Source: an uncultured delta proteobacterium (GTDB taxonomy: Bacteria > Desulfobacterota > Desulfomonilia > UBA1062). Taken from it: a stretch of 64,000 bases of DNA. Of the stretch, positions 59,013 to 64,000 are shown piece by piece. Within the stretch, counting starts at the first letter, position 1. Each line of letters opens with the position of its first letter. The notes beneath the pieces are model-generated. The model searched no databases and was not told the origin of the DNA. It was given only the letters and a program-made list of their open reading frames with translations. Location: contig CAVVYZ010000002.1 of NCBI GenBank assembly GCA_963752595.1, positions 128,001-192,000 of the forward strand. Direction: 5' to 3'. The position numbers and the translations under genes were made by a program.

Positions 59013-59834
59013 TCAGTCCAGGAAAGAATGATTGTAATCCATCCTGTTGATGAAGAGCCCGTTTGAATCCATGTCGCGCAGGTTCCGGAGAATCGATGCG
59101 TCATCCGGCCTGAACTCAAGGGCCTTAAGAAAAACGCTTTGGGCCTGCTGGATATCGCCGAGATAGCTCAGGGCTAAGCCCAGGCAGTTATAATAAGAGC
59201 CGATGTTCTTGCGCAGGATCTCCTTGAGGTTGTCATCAATGAATATGTAGGCATTCTCGCTCAAGTCTATTGCTTCTTTCAGATAGGTCGTGCCGGAATC
59301 GAGAAGCATAACATCAAAGTCGCTGAACCCGATGAACGAAGATCCTTCAACGGTTTCCGATATGTCACGGAGAATGAACGCGGAGAGGTCGTACAGAACC
59401 CGTGCATGGAGCGGGTCGTTCCCATAGGTTATCTGGGGGTCGGCATCTGCTGCAAGGTTTGCGCGCTTGACCTTTTCGAACATGTACTGGGTCGTCTTGT
59501 TGCCCTCGACAACCTGATCCATTTCCTTTTCCGATGGAATGCCGGACTGGGACAAAACCCGCTTGTTCTGATTCAGGGTGAGAAAGAGCGCGTACTGGGC
59601 AGAATCCTTGAACTGCTCATCGTTCCAGCCGGAAAAGAATGAGGTGATATTTCCCGGGTAGTAGCGGATTCCCCTGGAGAGGACATCGAGCCAGTACGGA
59701 TGAGTTTCTTCGCCGGCCCCTGGTTTTGGAAGAGGAATGGACACGGGTATGAACGAATAAAGGCCTGTACCGGCAATGATTTTCATCAGCCCTGATAGGA
59801 ATCTCCGGCGCGTAACTGCCTCATCGATGACCAT
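59013..59834 (-). CDS. Twin-arginine-signal protein with C-terminal TPR
   Basis: TRRRFL motif followed by hydrophobic stretch; YYNCLGLAL..LG....A..VF.KALEFRPD; GAGGAGG SD. Confidence 0.7.
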   Translation of the reverse strand: MVIDEAVTRRRFLSGLMKIIAGTGLYSFIPVSIPLPKPGAGEETHPYWLDVLSRGIRYYPGNITSFFSGWNDEQFKDSAQYALFLTLNQNKRVLSQSGIPSEKEMDQVVEGNKTTQYMFEKVKRANLAADADPQITYGNDPLHARVLYDLSAFILRDISETVEGSSFIGFSDFDVMLLDSGTTYLKEAIDLSENAYIFIDDNLKEILRKNIGSYYNCLGLALSYLGDIQQAQSVFLKALEFRPDDASILRNLRDMDSNGLFINRMDYNHSFLD

Positions 59835-60032
59835 CCCTGGTCCTCCTCGCCATATGCTTCTTTCTTATTTTCTCTTCGGCGGTTTTCATTTCATTCATGA
59901 ATCAAAAACCCTTACACGCAGAACGGGAGAAGGTTTGTCTTGACATTGGAAAGCATGTACGATATCGACCGTAAAATTGACTACTTGCATGCAATGTCTT
60001 GCAAAGAAAAAACGAGAAAGAGGTCATGAATC

Positions 60033-61104
60033 ATGGGGAAGTCGTATGATATCGCGTTGATACCAGGTGATGGAACAGGGCCGGAGGTGTTGAAGGAAGG
60101 CGTCAAGGTGCTCGATGCGGTTGCCGCTGTCGAAGGGCTGAAGCTCAATTTCACTTCCTATGATTTCGGGGGGGAGCGGTACCTGAGGACCGGTGAGATC
60201 CTACCCCAAAGCGCAATCGGCGAGCTTGGTAAGTATGATGCCATCTATCTCGGCGCCATCGGCCACCCGGACGTCAAGCCGGGCATCCTGGAAAAGGGCA
60301 TCCTTCTGACGATCCGGTTCGAGCTCGACCAGTACATAAACTTACGGCCCGGTGAAGCTCTATCCGGATGTCGAGACCCCGCTGAAGGACAAGGGCCCGG
60401 AGCATATCGATTACGTCGTGGTCCGGGAAAATACCGGCGACCTCTATACCGGAGCCGGCGGCGTCACCATGAAGGGCACGCCCGCACGAGGTGGCGGTCC
60501 AGGACGATGATCTACAGCCGCTACCAGGTGGAGCGCTGCCTCCGATATGCCTTCGAGTACACGAGAAAGAGAAACAGGAAGAAGAACTTGGCCCTCGTGG
60601 GCAAGACGAATGTCCTGACCTATGTGTACGACCTGTGGGAACGGGCATTCCACGAAATCGGCGAAAAGGAATACCCGGACATCAAGCGTGAGTACTACAA
60701 CGTGGATGCGACCTGCATGTGGATGGTCAAGAACCCGGAGTGGTTCGATGTCATGGTGACCGGCAACATGTTCGGCGACATCATCACGGATCTCGGCGCC
60801 ATCACCCAGGGCGGGATGGGCATCGCCGCCGGCGGGAACATCAATCCCGAAGGCGTGTCCATGTTCGAGCCCATCGGCGGCTCCGCACCCAAATACACCG
60901 GGAATGAACATCATCAATCCCCTGGCAGCCATCAGCGCAGGCCAGATGATGCTGGAGACCCTCGGAGAAGATAAGGCGGCTGCGCGGATCGAAAAGGGAG
61001 TCATCAAGGTTCTCGGGAACGACATCGGATCTCTTGCGGCAGGCCACATGGGCCTCTCAACGACCGAGGTCGGGGACAGGGTCGCTTCTTATGCAGCGGA
61101 GTAG
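60033..61104 (+). CDS. leuB: 3-isopropylmalate dehydrogenase family enzyme, four apparent +1 frameshifts
   Basis: [22 protein letters not shown] (shifted frame), [38 protein letters not shown]. Confidence 0.8.
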
Positions 61105-61226
61105 CTGGTGCTTTGTCAACTTTGCCGCCTCTCCCCTCGCTCTTCCCTGAAAACGGATGACAGGCCAAGGGAGCGGGGGGCATGCTCGCCTGCGGGATGA
61201 AAACCGGCGAGGCGCCGGGTTGAAAA

Positions 61227-61994
61227 TCAGCCGGTGAAGCCCAACTGGGTCGAGACCTGCTGGGACGTGAACTTGACGGCGTCGATGATGTCTTCGCGGC
61301 GCTTTGCGATTGTGTCCGGGTTGCCCGTAATTGCAAAGCCCGCAATGACCACGCCTGCATGGTTAAAGATCGGGCTGCCGATGCCTGCCAGGCCATTGAT
61401 GGACTCCTGGTTGTCGAAGCTTATCCCTGCCGCCTTTACCCTGTCGAGCTCCTCGACGAAGCGCTCCCGCGAGGTGATGGTGTTCGGGGTGAAACATTCA
61501 AAGGGATACCCGGCCAGGAGCGTATCCCGCTTGGCCCCATCCATAAAAGCCAGAAGCACCTTGCCGATGCATGTGGAATGCAAAGGAATAACAGAGCCTG
61601 CCTGGGGGAAGACCATGTAGCGGTTCGCCGGCTCGATACGCATGACTATCATGACCTTGTCGCCCACGAGCATGCCCACGTTGACCGGCTCCATGAACTG
61701 GAAACAGAGACGCTCCATCCATGCACGGGCAATGGTGACGAGGTCCATGTTCGTGGCGCATTTCATCCCGAGCTGGAAGATCTGGGGCCCGAGGCGGTAT
61801 TTGCCCGTAAAAGGGTCTTTCTCCAGATAGCCTATTGAGTCCAGCGTTGACACGATGCTCGCAATGGTCGTTTTCGCCAGGCCGAGCTTCCTGGAAAAAT
61901 CGGTGATACCGAGCGGCTTCTTCTCGTCGATGAACAGGGCGAGGATATCGGATGCCCTCTTGATGGATTGGATCAGTCGCTTCTGTTTTTGCAT
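61227..61994 (-). CDS. IclR-family transcriptional regulator
   Basis: IQSIKRA..IL HTH, GYLEKD..TGKYRLG, PLHSTCIGKVLLA, FTPNTIT. Confidence 0.92.
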   Translation of the reverse strand: MQKQKRLIQSIKRASDILALFIDEKKPLGITDFSRKLGLAKTTIASIVSTLDSIGYLEKDPFTGKYRLGPQIFQLGMKCATNMDLVTIARAWMERLCFQFMEPVNVGMLVGDKVMIVMRIEPANRYMVFPQAGSVIPLHSTCIGKVLLAFMDGAKRDTLLAGYPFECFTPNTITSRERFVEELDRVKAAGISFDNQESINGLAGIGSPIFNHAGVVIAGFAITGNPDTIAKRREDIIDAVKFTSQQVSTQLGFTG

Positions 61995-62083
61995 AGATCT
62001 CTTTTCTTCCGGTCTTGCTTTTCCCCGATGATGAGAAACTTTGATATCTCTTTAGGGAAGCAATTGGTATTATAACAAATTAA

Positions 62084-62112
62084 TTGACTCGCTTGCAAGG
62101 GAAGCATAAAAT
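62084..62112 (+). promoter_or_regulatory. Sigma-70-type promoter of the dehydratase-family operon
   Basis: TTGACT-N17-TAAAAT. Confidence 0.65.
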
Positions 62113-62123
62113 AAATGGAACAC

Positions 62124-62142
62124 TGTACGACAATATCGAACA
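62124..62142. promoter_or_regulatory. Candidate IclR operator
   Basis: Imperfect palindrome TGTACG-ACAATAT-CGAACA, similar to GTNCG-Nx-CGNAC sites of PcaR/PobR-type IclR regulators, just downstream of the promoter. Confidence 0.55.
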
Positions 62143-62163
62143 ATAAACTTTGGAAGGTGGGCT

Positions 62164-63278
62164 ATGGAAGGTATAGGGGCATTTCAAAGGGTTGTCGATG
62201 ATCCGGACGGGTATCTTAAGTCTCTCAAGGCCGGGAAGAACATTCTCGGTTACTGCTGCAGCTACACCCCGGAGGAAATCATCCATGCGGCAGGCATCCA
62301 CCCGGTAAGGCTCTTCGGATCAAGGGAGGAGAGCAATCTCTCGGACAAGCACCTCCAGTCGTACTGCTGCTCGCTGGTGAGGAACGTCCTCTCCGATGCG
62401 CTCTCGGGCAGGCTCGATTACCTGGACGGTGCGGTCTTTCCCCATACCTGTGACACCATCCAGCGGCTCTCGGATATCTGGAGGCTGAATACTTCCTTCC
62501 GGTTCTTCAGCGATATCGTGCTCCCGGTCAAGCTCACCACGGACAGTGCCCGGGAATACTTCGAGGCCGTTTTAAGAAAATTCAAGTCCGAGCTGGAAAA
62601 AGGCTTCTCCATCACCATCACGGATGATGCCCTCCGTGCATCCATCCGCACCTATAACGCCATCCGAACAGCACTCAAAGAAATTTATGAGCTCCATGCG
62701 AAAACACCGGGGTTAATCCCGGGCAGTGCTTTGAATGCTTGTACAATGGCATCCATGATCCTCGATCGAAATGAAGCGGCGGCAATGCTGAAAGATTTCG
62801 CCGATGAGTTGAAGGTCAAGGCCGCGGTTCCCGATCCTTTACGGAAGCGGGTCATGCTCGTGGGAAGCATCTGCAGCCAGCCGGATGTCTATTCTCTGAT
62901 CGAGCGTTCGGGAGCCGATGTAGTCTGGGATGACCTGTGCACGGGCTCCAGGTACTTCGAGGGGACTGTCAGCGAAGAGGTCGACCCCATAACGGCCATT
63001 GCAGAGAGGTATTACAGCAGGATCATCTGCCCGGCCAAGCATTCCTCCGTGACTGCACGGGGCAACAACCTCCTGAAAAGCGCAATCGATCACAAGGTTC
63101 AAGGCGTCATCTTTCTCATGCTGAAATTCTGCGATCCCCATGCCTTCGATTATCCCTATCTCAAGGAGTATCCTGGACAGGGAAGACATTCCCAGCATGC
63201 TCCTGGAGATCGAGGGCCGGCTCCCGCCGGAAGGGCCAGCTCCTGACCCGGTTCGAAACCTTCGTTGAAATGCTCTAA
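62164..63278 (+). CDS. 2-hydroxyacyl-CoA dehydratase / class I benzoyl-CoA reductase family subunit, frameshifted near C-terminus
   Basis: CSYTPEEIIHAAG, CSLVR, FPHTCD, DDLCTGSRY, KFCDPH; ends QLLTRFETFVEML in another frame. Confidence 0.85.
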
Positions 63279-63325
63279 AACTAGGAGAAACAGCGGCATA
63301 GAGAGCCGCGACCAGAGGTGATGCG

Positions 63326-64000
63326 ATGAGCGAAACGGCACGGATAAAAAGAAGAAAAAAATCAGATCCGCTACACCGGATGCGCGAGATCATGACCGAG
63401 TACTATATCAATGCCAAGACCGCGTCGCCAGACCGGGAAAAAGGTTGCCTGGATCACCAGCGGAGGCCCTGTGGAGCCCCTCATCGTCATGGATGTCATC
63501 CCGGTATATCCCGAAAACTACGGCGCCATGATCGGTGCTTCGCACATGGGCGGCGACCTCTGTGCCAAGGCCGAGGGCATGGGCTACAGCACCGACCTCT
63601 GCTCTTACGCCCGTGCCGACATCGCCTGTGCCATCGAGAACGGCGGGCCCATCGGCGGCCTGCCCAGGCCCGACATGCTGATCTGCTGCAACAACATCTG
63701 CGGCACCGTGCTCAAATGGTACGAGGTCCAGGCCCGATACTTCAATGTCCCGCTCTTCATCCTCGATACCCCGTTCTGCCATACCGAGTTCCCCGACGAG
63801 GCCAGGAATTACGTGCGGAAGCAGTTCGACGAATACATCGCCTTCCTCGAGAACGCCTGCGAGAAGCCTTCGATATGGAAAGGAGCATGGAGGTGGGCCA
63901 GGCTCTCCGTGGAAGGCCAGAGGCTCTGGCAGGCCGTCCTCGATACCGCCGCCCACAAGCCCGCTCCCATGACCGCCTTCGACGCCTTCTTCTTCCTGGC
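63326..64000 (+). CDS. Second 2-hydroxyacyl-CoA dehydratase-family subunit, frameshifted, runs off window
   Basis: Manual translation: KVAWITSGGPVE..PVYPENYGAM..AEGMGYSTDLCSYAR..GGLPRPDMLICCNNICGTVLKWYE..ILDTPF; GAGGTG SD before ATG 63326. Confidence 0.8.
   Translation, partial: MSETARIKRRKKSDPLHRMREIMTEYYINAKTASPDREKGCLDHQRRPCGAPHRHGCHPGISRKLRRHDRCFAHGRRPLCQGRGHGLQHRPLLLRPCRHRLCHRERRAHRRPAQARHADLLQQHLRHRAQMVRGPGPILQCPALHPRYPVLPYRVPRRGQELRAEAVRRIHRLPRERLREAFDMERSMEVGQALRGRPEALAGRPRYRRPQARSHDRLRRLLLPG

Noticed and set aside
1-64000. CRISPR arrays, tRNA/rRNA genes, IS elements, prophage or anti-phage defence genes
   Set aside because: None recognised by eye; intergenic gaps are short and no transposase, integrase or repeat-spacer pattern was seen. 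tRNAscan, Rfam and DefenseFinder were not run

Overview
Chromosomal, mostly housekeeping segment of an anaerobic bacterium. Gene content (dapL, hom-apgM, a second EF-G, short EF-Ts, GlmU-like LbH protein, 2-hydroxyacyl-CoA dehydratase family) suggests Desulfobacterota/'Deltaproteobacteria'; this is inference. About 59 CDSs: the tail of a glycan-modification cluster, a PanP-like decarboxylase, rsmI, two HDOD proteins, a tviB-like/yfcE-HIT/lipA/hom/apgM run, murI, an EF-G paralogue, a partial type II secretion cluster (gspC-exeA-exeB-like-gspD-gspE) coupled to radA, IHF, ferredoxin, rpsB-tsf-pyrH-frr with an S2/t44-like leader, Mrp/ApbC, a large GH13 enzyme, purF, guaA, dapF, dapL, signalling proteins (GGDEF, PilZ, tandem cNMP-binding, PAS kinase), leuB and an IclR-linked dehydratase-family operon. 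I recognised no rRNA, tRNA, CRISPR array, integrase or transposase. Several genes are broken by single-base +1 insertions, most likely uncorrected long-read errors. The main hidden signal is a dispersed sigma-28 (FliA)-like promoter motif, T(A/T)AAG-N15-NNCGA(A/T)NN, before six signalling or orphan genes, plus a canonical TAAA-N15-GCCGATAA copy. In five cases the start codon lies only 6-8 nt past the -10 box, which suggests a leaderless sigma-28 regulon. Other points of note: an 87-aa sigma-28-driven protein resembling the flagellin C-terminus, a tandem ribbon-helix-helix-like orphan after frr, an unannotated glmM 3' remnant, and a PurF lacking its catalytic Cys1. All calls are by eye; no searches were run.
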